Assembly (NCBI GenBank): GCA_965223545.1
Contig: OZ245006.1
Coordinates: forward strand, 1,440,001 to 1,504,000
Length of the DNA: 64,000 nt
Direction of reading: 5' to 3'
Source of the DNA: Planctomycetota bacterium
Lineage (GTDB): Bacteria > Planctomycetota > UBA1135 > UBA2386
Shown here: piece after piece, positions 37,907 through 46,605 of the stretch
Numbering within the stretch: position 1 is the first letter of the stretch
Layout: every line of letters starts with the position of its first letter
The notes under the pieces: generated by a model
Told to the model about the DNA's origin: nothing
The model's database searches: none
The model's input: the letters and a program-made list of their open reading frames with translations, nothing else
Translations under genes and position numbers: made by a program

Positions 37907-40408
37907 ATGCGCTCCATGCTCATCCTCTCGCTGCTGGTTTCGAGCGGCGGTCTGATCGCCCAGGAACCCGATCTCCCCGCCGAGGGCCATTCGCACATCG
38001 GCGAGGCCTTCAACGAGGGACCGCGGCAGGCGGCGTACTTGATGGACGGGATGAACCCGGCCATCGAGTTCCCGGTGACGACCACCGACCCGCGCGCCCA
38101 GGCGTTCGTCCAGCAGGGGCTCGTCCAGCTGCACGGCTTCTGGTACTTCGAGGCCGAGCGCTCGTTCCGCCAGGCCGCCGCGCACGACCCCGACTGTGCC
38201 ATGGCCTACTGGGGCATGGCGCTGTCGAACGTCGAGAACGAGGCGCGGGCGCACGACTTCGCCGCCAAGGCGCATCGACTGCGGGACAGCGTCACCGAGC
38301 GGGAGCAGCACTACATCGACGCGGTGGCGCGGCTGTTCGGCGCCGACGAGGAAGAGGAAGCCGACCCGGGGGACGACGGCGACGAGGCCGAGAGCGACGG
38401 TGGCGGCGATGCCGAGTCCGCGGACGATGCCGAGGCCGACGTCGAAGCCGATGACGATGACCAAGCCGACGAGGAAGCCCCCCCGCGCTGGACGCCACCG
38501 GCGGCGCGCAGCGACGAGGACAAGTCCCGGCGCCGGCGCTTCGTTCGCGATCTCGAGGATCTGATCCACGCCTTCCCCGACGACGTCGAGGCCAAGGCCC
38601 TGCTCGTCAACCAGCTCTGGCTCAACACCCGCGCCGGCATCCGCATCGAGAGCCGCGGCGCCAACCAAGCGCTGCTCGACCAGGTGTTCGCCCGCTACCC
38701 GCTGCACCCAGCCCACCACTACCGCGTGCATCTGTGGGACCAGCGCGACAACGCCGACAAGGTCACCGACTCGGCGGCGCTGATCGGCCACTCGGCACCC
38801 GGGATCGCGCACATGTGGCACATGGGCGGCCACATCTGGGCGCGCCTCGACCGGCACGCCGACGCGGCGTGGCAGCAGGAGGCCTCGGCCCGCGTCGACC
38901 ACGCGCAGATGCGCCGCGACTGGCTCTTGCCCGACCAGATCCACAACTACGCGCACAACAACGAGTGGCTGTGCCGCAGCCTGCGCCACGTCGGCCGCGT
39001 CGAGGACGCCATCGCGCTGGCCAAGAACATGGTCGAGCTGCCGCGGCACCCGAAGTGGAACACTGCCGACAAGTTCTCCGCCAGTGCCAGGTACGGACCG
39101 CGGCGGCTGCTCGAGGTGCTCGAGACCTACGAGGCCTGGGACCAGGTGCTGGCGCTCGCCGACACGATGTACCTCGACCCTGGTGACGACCCGGTGTGGC
39201 GCGCGCGCAAGCTCTACCTCTTGGGCCGCGTGCGGTTCGCACAGGCCGACCGGACCGCTCTGGCGGCGATCGTCGAGCAGGCCGAAGACGTGCTGGCGGA
39301 TGCGCGCGCGGCGCGGGCCGAAGCGATCGACAGCGCCGAAGAGGAAGCGCTGTGCGCGGGCGAATCGAGCCGCGACGTCGAGTCCGCGATCGATGACGCG
39401 GCGCGTCCCAAGACGCGCACCGTGCGCCAGGTGCGCGACGTGCGCCGCTCGCTGTCCGCGCTGCTCGCCTGGCTGGACGACGACCGCGAGGAGGCCCTGA
39501 AGACACTCGACGCGGTCGGCCACGACCGCCCCCACCTGGCCCGCCTGTGGCTGGAGCACGGCGACGCGGAGAAGGCGATCGAAGTCGCCGAGCGCGCGTG
39601 CAAGGACGAGGGCCGCGCCGCGCCGTTGGCCAACTTGGTGTGGATCCTGCACCAAGCGGGCGAAGCCGAGCGCGCCGCCGAGCGCTTCACCGAGCTGCGC
39701 GCGCTGTCCGCGCACTTCGACCTCGACTACGCGCCGTTCCGCCGGGTCGCCCCGGTCGCGGCCGCGGCGGGCCTGCACGGGGACTGGCGGATCGCAGCCG
39801 AGGCCGCCGCCGACACCGGCGAACGCCCGCAGCTCGATGAGCTCGGACCGTTCCGCTGGACGCCGGTGGACGCTCCGGACTTCGCGCTGCCCGGGCCCGA
39901 CGGAACGCTCACCACGCTCGCTGCCCGCCGCGGCAAGCCGACGCTGCTGGTGTTCTTCTTGGGATTCGGCTGCGTGCACTGCGTCGAGCAGCTGCAGGCG
40001 CTGGCGCCGGCACAGGATCGCTTTGCCGCGGAGGGCATCGATCTGTTGACGATCGGCACCGACACGGTCGAGCAGCTGACGACGTCCTTCGGCGGCCGCG
40101 AGCCCGAGCACCGCTACGAGTTTCCGGTGCTCGCCGACCCCGAGCTCGACGTGTTCCGCCGCTACCGCTGCTACGACGACTTCGAGAAGATGGCGCTGCA
40201 CGGCACCTTCTTGCTCGACGCCGACGGCAGGGTGCGCTGGCACGACATCGGCTACGAGCCGTTCATGGACGTCGACTTCCTGCTCGGGGAGTCGCGCCGG
40301 CTGCTGGCGTTGCCCGTCGACGACGCGCCCGCGGTGTCGGCGCACGAGCTGATCGAGGCGAGCGCCAGCCGCGACGCCGCCGGCGACACATCGGGCGCCG
40401 GCCGCTGA
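37907..40408 (+). CDS. Secreted TPR-repeat protein fused to an AhpC/TSA redoxin domain
   Basis: QGLVQLHGFWYFEAERSF, CAMAYWG, HPAHHY, HMWHMGGH; APDFALP...GCVHC...HGTFLLD. Confidence 0.85.
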   Translation: MRSMLILSLLVSSGGLIAQEPDLPAEGHSHIGEAFNEGPRQAAYLMDGMNPAIEFPVTTTDPRAQAFVQQGLVQLHGFWYFEAERSFRQAAAHDPDCAMAYWGMALSNVENEARAHDFAAKAHRLRDSVTEREQHYIDAVARLFGADEEEEADPGDDGDEAESDGGGDAESADDAEADVEADDDDQADEEAPPRWTPPAARSDEDKSRRRRFVRDLEDLIHAFPDDVEAKALLVNQLWLNTRAGIRIESRGANQALLDQVFARYPLHPAHHYRVHLWDQRDNADKVTDSAALIGHSAPGIAHMWHMGGHIWARLDRHADAAWQQEASARVDHAQMRRDWLLPDQIHNYAHNNEWLCRSLRHVGRVEDAIALAKNMVELPRHPKWNTADKFSASARYGPRRLLEVLETYEAWDQVLALADTMYLDPGDDPVWRARKLYLLGRVRFAQADRTALAAIVEQAEDVLADARAARAEAIDSAEEEALCAGESSRDVESAIDDAARPKTRTVRQVRDVRRSLSALLAWLDDDREEALKTLDAVGHDRPHLARLWLEHGDAEKAIEVAERACKDEGRAAPLANLVWILHQAGEAERAAERFTELRALSAHFDLDYAPFRRVAPVAAAAGLHGDWRIAAEAAADTGERPQLDELGPFRWTPVDAPDFALPGPDGTLTTLAARRGKPTLLVFFLGFGCVHCVEQLQALAPAQDRFAAEGIDLLTIGTDTVEQLTTSFGGREPEHRYEFPVLADPELDVFRRYRCYDDFEKMALHGTFLLDADGRVRWHDIGYEPFMDVDFLLGESRRLLALPVDDAPAVSAHELIEASASRDAAGDTSGAGR

Positions 40409-40424
40409 CGCTCAGCGTCGCTCG

Positions 40425-41882
40425 TCAGCGCTTACGGCCGCCGAGGAAGTCCTGCAAGCCGCCGCGGCCCTTGCCCTTGCCGCCCCCACGCCCACCGGGC
40501 ATCGGCAGATTGCCGAGATCGGGCATGCCGGGTCCGCCCATGCCCCCCATCCCGTCCATGCCGCCGCCGAGCGCGCCGAAGTCCGGCATGCCGCCCTTGC
40601 CGAGCTTCTTCATCATGCCCTGCATCATCTTGAACTGCTTGATCATGTCGTGCACGGCCTGCAGCTCGTTGCCACTCCCGCGGGCGATGCGCCGGCGGCG
40701 CTCCATGTCGATCACGTCCGGGTTGCGGCGCTCGACCGGCGTCATCGACAGCACGATCGCCTCGATCCGCTTGAAGTGACCATCGTCCAGGTCGACGTCC
40801 TTCATCGCCTGGCCGATGCCCGGCAGCTTGCCGAGCAGCCCCTTCAGCGAACCCATCTTGCGGATCATGTTCATCGACCGCAGAAAGTCTTCGAAGTTGA
40901 AGCGACCGCGCTGCATCTTGCGCGCCGTCCGCTCGGCCTCCTTCTCGTCGATGACCTCCTGCGCCTGCTCCACCAGGCCGACGACGTCGCCCATGCCGAG
41001 GATGCGACCGGCCATGCGCGAGGGGTCGAACTGCTCGAACTCGTCGGGCTTCTCGCCGACACCGGCGAACAGGATCGGTACTCCCGTGACTTTGACGACG
41101 CTGAGCGCGGCGCCGCCGCGCGCATCACCGTCGACCTTGGTCAGCACGACGCCGTGCAGCGGGAGGCGCTGGTGGAACTCGAGGGCCGAGTTGACCGCGT
41201 CCTGACCGAGCATCGCGTCGCACACCAACAGCGTGCCGTGCGGCTTGCAGCGGGACTGGATCTGTTCCAGCTCGCGCATCAGGTCGTCGTCGATGTGCAG
41301 GCGGCCGGCGGTGTCGAGGATCACGACGTCGTGCATGGCGCGCTTGGCCGCCTCGATGCCCCGCGCACACACCTCCGGCGGCCGGCCGTCGGTGCCCTCG
41401 GCGTGCACCGCGATGTCGAGCTGCTTGCCCAGAGTCTGCAGCTGGTCCACCGCCGCCGGCCGCTGCAGGTCGGCCGCCACCAGCAGCGGGTTCTTCTTGT
41501 GGCGGCGGCGCAGCCACAGCGCCAGCTTGGCGCAGGTCGTCGTCTTGCCGGCGCCCTGCAGGCCGGCCATCATCAGCACCAGGGGCGGCTTGTCGGCGAC
41601 CGGCAGCGGCTTGGTATCGCCGCCGAGCAGATCGGTGAGCGCGTCGTGGAAGACCTTGACGAACTGGTCGCCGGGGTTGACCGCCTTGATGACCTCCTGG
41701 CCGAGCGCCCGCTCCTTGACGTCCTTGATGAACTCCTTGGCGACCTTGAAGTTGACGTCGGCCTCGAGCAGCGCCTGCCGCACGGCGCGGATCCCGTCCT
41801 CGACGTTCTTCTCGGTCAGGACCTTCTGCCCGGCGAGCGAGGACCAGGCCTTGTTGAGTGCGCCGGCGAGAGAATCGAACAT
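40425..41882 (-). CDS. ffh: Signal recognition particle protein Ffh
   Basis: ALLEADV, GLQGAGKTT, DTAGR, TKVDGDARGG, RILGMGD; Met-rich M domain. Confidence 0.98.
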   Translation of the reverse strand: MFDSLAGALNKAWSSLAGQKVLTEKNVEDGIRAVRQALLEADVNFKVAKEFIKDVKERALGQEVIKAVNPGDQFVKVFHDALTDLLGGDTKPLPVADKPPLVLMMAGLQGAGKTTTCAKLALWLRRRHKKNPLLVAADLQRPAAVDQLQTLGKQLDIAVHAEGTDGRPPEVCARGIEAAKRAMHDVVILDTAGRLHIDDDLMRELEQIQSRCKPHGTLLVCDAMLGQDAVNSALEFHQRLPLHGVVLTKVDGDARGGAALSVVKVTGVPILFAGVGEKPDEFEQFDPSRMAGRILGMGDVVGLVEQAQEVIDEKEAERTARKMQRGRFNFEDFLRSMNMIRKMGSLKGLLGKLPGIGQAMKDVDLDDGHFKRIEAIVLSMTPVERRNPDVIDMERRRRIARGSGNELQAVHDMIKQFKMMQGMMKKLGKGGMPDFGALGGGMDGMGGMGGPGMPDLGNLPMPGGRGGGKGKGRGGLQDFLGGRKR

Positions 41883-41942
41883 GGCCTGGCTCAGGGTAGC
41901 GCCGCCACGGGAGACCACCAACCCAAAGCACGCGCCGCCGGA

Positions 41943-42680
41943 TCAGCGGAAGGGGTTGCCGATCCAGCGCGCCTCGAACACGCGGCGGTCGGCGTCGACC
42001 GGCTCGGTGTCCACCTCCAGCGCCGAGAACACGGAGTAGCCCACGCCACTGGCCTCGAACTGGCTGCCGAAGTCGATCAGCGTCGCCCCGTGCTCGCCGG
42101 CGCGGAACCAGTGCACGTTGTCGCGGGTGCGGGTCAGGTGGCTGACGCGACCTGGCGTGAGGCGGGCGGCCCGCGACTCGATCACGCGAAAGTTGGCCGA
42201 GGGCCCCGGATCGACCGGCGCGACCTCGTCGAGCGGTTCGTAGTGGCGCGTGACGCAGTCGCCCTCGAGCACGAGGGAGACGAAGTCGTAGCCGACGTGA
42301 TTGTGCGCCGGGATCACCGCACCGCCCGCCAGCTGCAACTCCACCACCAGCAGGCCGTTCTCGCCCCAGGCACCGCCGCTCTTGACGCCGTCGCGCTCGA
42401 AGCCCGCACGCCGCATCCGCGGCACGGCGTCGACCGGCAGTGACCGCAACGCCGCGCACAGCCGGTGGACGTAGCGGTCCTCGTCCGGGGTTTCCTCCGC
42501 CAACAGCTCGCGCCAGAGCTCGCCCCACTCGCGGGAGAAGCGGGCGAACGGATCGCGGGTGCGCGCGTCCGCACCAGCGCGCAACAGCCCCGCCAACCCG
42601 AGCCCGGCAAGCCCGGCGAGGGTTCCCTTGATCGCGGTGCGCCGGCTGGCGCGAACAGTGGTGTCGTGGTCCTGGCTCAT
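41943..42680 (-). CDS. Tat-exported cupin (cysteine dioxygenase-like)
   Basis: SRRTAIKG plus hydrophobic stretch; IPAHNH...NVHWF 3-His cupin. Confidence 0.7.
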   Translation of the reverse strand: MSQDHDTTVRASRRTAIKGTLAGLAGLGLAGLLRAGADARTRDPFARFSREWGELWRELLAEETPDEDRYVHRLCAALRSLPVDAVPRMRRAGFERDGVKSGGAWGENGLLVVELQLAGGAVIPAHNHVGYDFVSLVLEGDCVTRHYEPLDEVAPVDPGPSANFRVIESRAARLTPGRVSHLTRTRDNVHWFRAGEHGATLIDFGSQFEASGVGYSVFSALEVDTEPVDADRRVFEARWIGNPFR

Positions 42681-42730
42681 GTCGCGCACCAGCCTCGCAG
42701 CGAAGGACGATGCGCGCTTGTCCGATCGTG

Positions 42731-43666
42731 CTAAGTCGGCCGCGAACGACGCCACGCCGAAGGCGCACAACCGAAGTGCCGGCGAAACACCCGGCTGAAC
42801 GTCGCCGGGCTCGCGTAGCCCACCGCGGCGGCGACGTCGGCCACCGGAGCGCCTCCCCGCCGCAGCAAGTCCGCGGCGGCGCGCATGCGCGCCTGCTGCA
42901 GGTAGCGACCGGCGGAGATCCCGAACACCGCCGCGAACGTGCGCTGAAAGTGATACGGCGACATGCACGCCACGCCGGCGAGGTCGACCACCGTCCACGG
43001 ATCGCGAAGGCTGGCCTCGATGCAGTCGCGGACGCGGTGCACGCGGCGATAGAGCTCGGTCCGGGTCGATGCCCGCGCGGCGGCGACGCGCCCCGCCGCT
43101 GACGCGTCCTGATCCCGCCAGCGCAGGAGCTCGGCGGCCAGGGCGTAGAACGGCTCTTCCAGCGCCATCGGCTCGCCGCGATCGGCGCGAAGCGCCGCGT
43201 GTAGAGTGCGCAGCGTGCGCGCGGCACGACCGTGCTTGTCGTGACTGCGCTCGACGAACGGCCGCGGAGCAGCGCGTGCCTCCGGATCGTCCAGCAACGC
43301 CGCCGGACCGCGCTCGGCGAGGGCGGCGACGTGCTCGACGAAGCCGTCGGCGAAGAACACGGCCAACGTCTCGGTGCGCGGCTGCGGATAGATGTCGAGG
43401 GAGTACTCGGTGCCGCGGTCGAGCACGACGACGCGCTCCGCATCCACGCGGTACCGCGCACGTCGCGTCTGGTACCACGCCTCGCCGCGAACGACGGATT
43501 TCACCGTCAAGCCGGTCTCGAACCCGGGATCGTGGTAGCCCGCCGGTCGGCCGTTGAGGACGGTGTTGGCCACCCGCACGACCGAGCGGCCCGGATTGAC
43601 GTGCACCGAGAACGCACCCGCCGTCATCTCAGCGCGGCCGGGGCCGGAGCCAAAGACCGAGCGCAC
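42731..43666 (-). CDS. AraC-family transcriptional regulator
   Basis: LAGVACMSPYHFQRTF; VAAAVGYASPATFSRVFRRHFG; the start may be ATG 43627. Confidence 0.92.
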   Translation of the reverse strand: MRSVFGSGPGRAEMTAGAFSVHVNPGRSVVRVANTVLNGRPAGYHDPGFETGLTVKSVVRGEAWYQTRRARYRVDAERVVVLDRGTEYSLDIYPQPRTETLAVFFADGFVEHVAALAERGPAALLDDPEARAAPRPFVERSHDKHGRAARTLRTLHAALRADRGEPMALEEPFYALAAELLRWRDQDASAAGRVAAARASTRTELYRRVHRVRDCIEASLRDPWTVVDLAGVACMSPYHFQRTFAAVFGISAGRYLQQARMRAAADLLRRGGAPVADVAAAVGYASPATFSRVFRRHFGCAPSAWRRSRPT

Positions 43667-43829
43667 CGCGACAGTAGCGGAGCCCGCGAATCCACCGGTG
43701 CCGGACGGCCGCGCTGAGCGCAGACGCCAGTGTTGCTTTCGAGCGTCCGGGAGTTGCGGTATAGAAGTCCTGACGACAACCGGCCTTCGGAAAGGTTGTC
43801 GCCACGCGGAGGTTCTCGGCCCCGGACGC

Positions 43830-44990
43830 TCAACGCGCCGCCGCCGGAGCCCAATCGACCCGCATCAGCTGACCGGCGACGTAGCCGTCGACCGGAGTCA
43901 GCCGCACCGGAAGGCCCCACTCGGGCACGCCGGGCCGCCGCCACAGACGCGCGGGCAGCTCGACGACGCTCGGCCCGACGCTGCGCACCGTGGTCCGCGC
44001 GACCGCGCCTGGGCGCGCGGGGTCCTCGACCCCGACCTCTTGGTCCGGCACCACCACGCCCGCCGCCGCAGGCGGCAGATAGGCGACGATCGCGTCGGGG
44101 TGCCGCGCCACCACGGTGACCAACACCTCACCGGCGGCGACGAACTGCCCCTCGAGCCGCGCCACGCTCTCGACCGTGCCGGCCACCGGCGCGCGCAGCG
44201 CCAATCGCTGGCGCTCCAGTGCGATCTGCTCCAGCTCGACCTCTTGTGCCTGCACCTGCCAGCGCCGCGGCGCCAACAACACTTCTTGCCCCGCCATCCG
44301 CTCCCCGCCGGCAACCGCTTCCGCCGCGGCCACCCGGCTCTCCGTGGCCTCGGCGCGGCCTCGCTGCGCATCCACCTCGCGGCGCAAGTCGACGACCCGC
44401 TGCGCCCAGGCATCGTGGTCGGTCTGCAGCTTGTTGAGCGCCGAGGGCGAGGCCACTCCGCTCTCGCCCAACACGTCCACCCGCTCGAGCTCGATCGCGA
44501 CACCGCGCTGGCGGATGATCGCCTCCTCGAGATCGGCACGCGCCTGCAGCAGCTCGATGGCGGCTTCCTCTCGATCGACGTACAAGCGCCGGTCGACTCC
44601 CGATCGCTGCACGACGTCCGCGGCGGTGACCGCCAAGCGCTCCGCCTCCGCTTCGACCTCGGCCTGCAGTCGCGAGAGCTCGTGCCGAGCGCGCGTCAGC
44701 CGCAGCACGAGTTGGTCGTCCGACAACCGGCCGATGAGCTGACCGGCGTCTACAGCCTCGTGCACGCCGACCGCCAAGACCTGGACGATTCCGGCGGCGG
44801 GCGCGACGACCGAGTGGCGCGCGGCTTCGACGACGGCGGGCGCGGTGCCCGCCAACGGCTGCTGCCGCAGCAGGAGCAGCACCACTGCGAGCGCGCCCAG
44901 CCACACCATCAACGGCACCGCGCGGAACGCGCTACGCCGCAAGCGGCGCGCCAGCGAAGTGCGCGCCAACCGAGGAGCGCCGTCGGTCAT
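43830..44990 (-). CDS. HlyD-family membrane fusion protein
   Basis: TM, VAPAAG lipoyl half, coiled coil, LRAPVAGTV; ATGA-coupled to DUF4956. Confidence 0.82.
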   Translation of the reverse strand: MTDGAPRLARTSLARRLRRSAFRAVPLMVWLGALAVVLLLLRQQPLAGTAPAVVEAARHSVVAPAAGIVQVLAVGVHEAVDAGQLIGRLSDDQLVLRLTRARHELSRLQAEVEAEAERLAVTAADVVQRSGVDRRLYVDREEAAIELLQARADLEEAIIRQRGVAIELERVDVLGESGVASPSALNKLQTDHDAWAQRVVDLRREVDAQRGRAEATESRVAAAEAVAGGERMAGQEVLLAPRRWQVQAQEVELEQIALERQRLALRAPVAGTVESVARLEGQFVAAGEVLVTVVARHPDAIVAYLPPAAAGVVVPDQEVGVEDPARPGAVARTTVRSVGPSVVELPARLWRRPGVPEWGLPVRLTPVDGYVAGQLMRVDWAPAAAR

Positions 44991-45676
44991 GGCTCCTCGG
45001 TCCGCCCGTGCATCAACAGACTCACGCTCCCGACGCCCGGCAGGCTGCGCACGTCCTCGAGCAGGACCGATGACTGGTCGACATCGCGCAACCGCAGCTG
45101 ATAGGCGAACTCGACGCCCGCGCCGGTGCCGGTCTCGCGCAGCTGCAACAACGCGAAGCTGCGGCAGTAGTGCGCCAGGACGCGACGCAGCGGCGCCTCG
45201 TCTCCGCCGCCGTCGTCGAGCCGGAAGCGCAGCACACCATCCGAGTCGATGCGCTCGCCGAACCGCGACGCGGCCAGGTAGAGCGCGATCAGCAGTGCGA
45301 ACACCGTGCCGACCGCCGCCAGCGCCAGGTTGCGCGTTCCAACCGCGATGCCGACCGCCACGGCGAGGAACAAGAACGCGGTGTCGCGGGCGTCCTTGAT
45401 GGGCGTGCGGAAGCGGATCAACGCCAGCGCGCCGAACAGACCGAACGCGCCGGCGAGGTTGTTGCCGATCGCCAGCATGACGAGCGTGACGATCAAGCTG
45501 AGCAGAACCAGCGACTGCACTTGGGCACGCGAGTAGGACATGCCGTGGTGCGTCCAGACGTAGACCCACGCCACCAGCTGGCCGAGGACGAACGAGCACG
45601 CCAGGTGCAGGAGCGCGTCCGCCGCGTTGATGTCGCCCACCGGCGCGGCCAGCCACGTGTCCAACCACTCGTTCAC
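44987..45676 (-). CDS. DUF4956 membrane protein
   Basis: IGNNLAGAFGLFGALALIRFRTPIKDARD. Confidence 0.9.
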   Translation of the reverse strand: MNEWLDTWLAAPVGDINAADALLHLACSFVLGQLVAWVYVWTHHGMSYSRAQVQSLVLLSLIVTLVMLAIGNNLAGAFGLFGALALIRFRTPIKDARDTAFLFLAVAVGIAVGTRNLALAAVGTVFALLIALYLAASRFGERIDSDGVLRFRLDDGGGDEAPLRRVLAHYCRSFALLQLRETGTGAGVEFAYQLRLRDVDQSSVLLEDVRSLPGVGSVSLLMHGRTEEP

Positions 45677-46413
45677 TGCACTCCCTCGTCTGGCAAGTAT
45701 CCGTGGCTCGCGGCGACCTCGATCGAGTGACCGTACTTGGAGAACGACTGGCGCGCCAACCCGAAGCGGTGGACGACGGTCTGCATCCAGCCGGGGCAGC
45801 GATCGTTGAACTTGAGCTCCAGCACCACGCGACGACCGAGCACGGTGGCGAAGCCGGAGGCTTCCAACGGCACCGTCAACTGATCGGTGGCCAGCGTGCG
45901 CAGCCGCCGATCGAAGGTGACGCGCACCTCGGGGTCGAACAGGCCGACATAGGCCTCGCGGTCGTAGCGCACGACCACGGTCGGGCGGGCATCCAGCGCG
46001 TGCACCAAGCCGCGAAACTCGTCGCGGATCCCGCTCTGCCGCTCGCTAAGCGGCGGGGCGTCGGTCGCCGTGCCGTCGAGCACGGAGGCCAGCAAACGGC
46101 GTGGCACCGGGCAGCGGCTCTTCGCCACCAGGCCACCGGCGCGGCGCTTGATCTCCAGGAACAGCGGGTGCTCGGGATCCTCGTCGTAGCCGCGGATGCG
46201 CAGCTTGAACCGGCGGTCCTGACCCTCGACGGTTTCGCGGTAGAGGGGGAGTCCGGCGGAGTCGAGGTAGAGGCTGGCGATGGCATACTCGCCGGTGGGG
46301 CTGCGTGCGGCGTAGGCGTCGGGCTCGATGAACGGGCGCAGCGCCGCGCGCACCTCCGCCGCGAGTGCCTCGTCGATCTCGTACTTGCACTCGTGGCGGC
46401 GCACGCGAACCAT
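45673..46413 (-). CDS. VTC-domain (polyphosphate polymerase-like) protein
   Basis: RHECKY, SLYLD, KLRIRGY, FLEIK, YDREAY, RVTFD, LELKF, SFSKY. Confidence 0.9.
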   Translation of the reverse strand: MVRVRRHECKYEIDEALAAEVRAALRPFIEPDAYAARSPTGEYAIASLYLDSAGLPLYRETVEGQDRRFKLRIRGYDEDPEHPLFLEIKRRAGGLVAKSRCPVPRRLLASVLDGTATDAPPLSERQSGIRDEFRGLVHALDARPTVVVRYDREAYVGLFDPEVRVTFDRRLRTLATDQLTVPLEASGFATVLGRRVVLELKFNDRCPGWMQTVVHRFGLARQSFSKYGHSIEVAASHGYLPDEGVQ

Positions 46414-46605
46414 GCCGCGCTCGCGGCCGACGTTGGGCTGGACCCTCGACACGCGGCGTAAGATACGCTGGGCACCCGGCCGTTGCCGAGCCCCGAGGCG
46501 GGAACCGGGCCACCCCGGGGCGGGACGGTGCAGGAGCGTTACAGCGTTGACAAGGGAGCCGCCGCACCACCGCTTCGCGGCGGCGAATCCAAAACAGGTT
46601 GCCCG

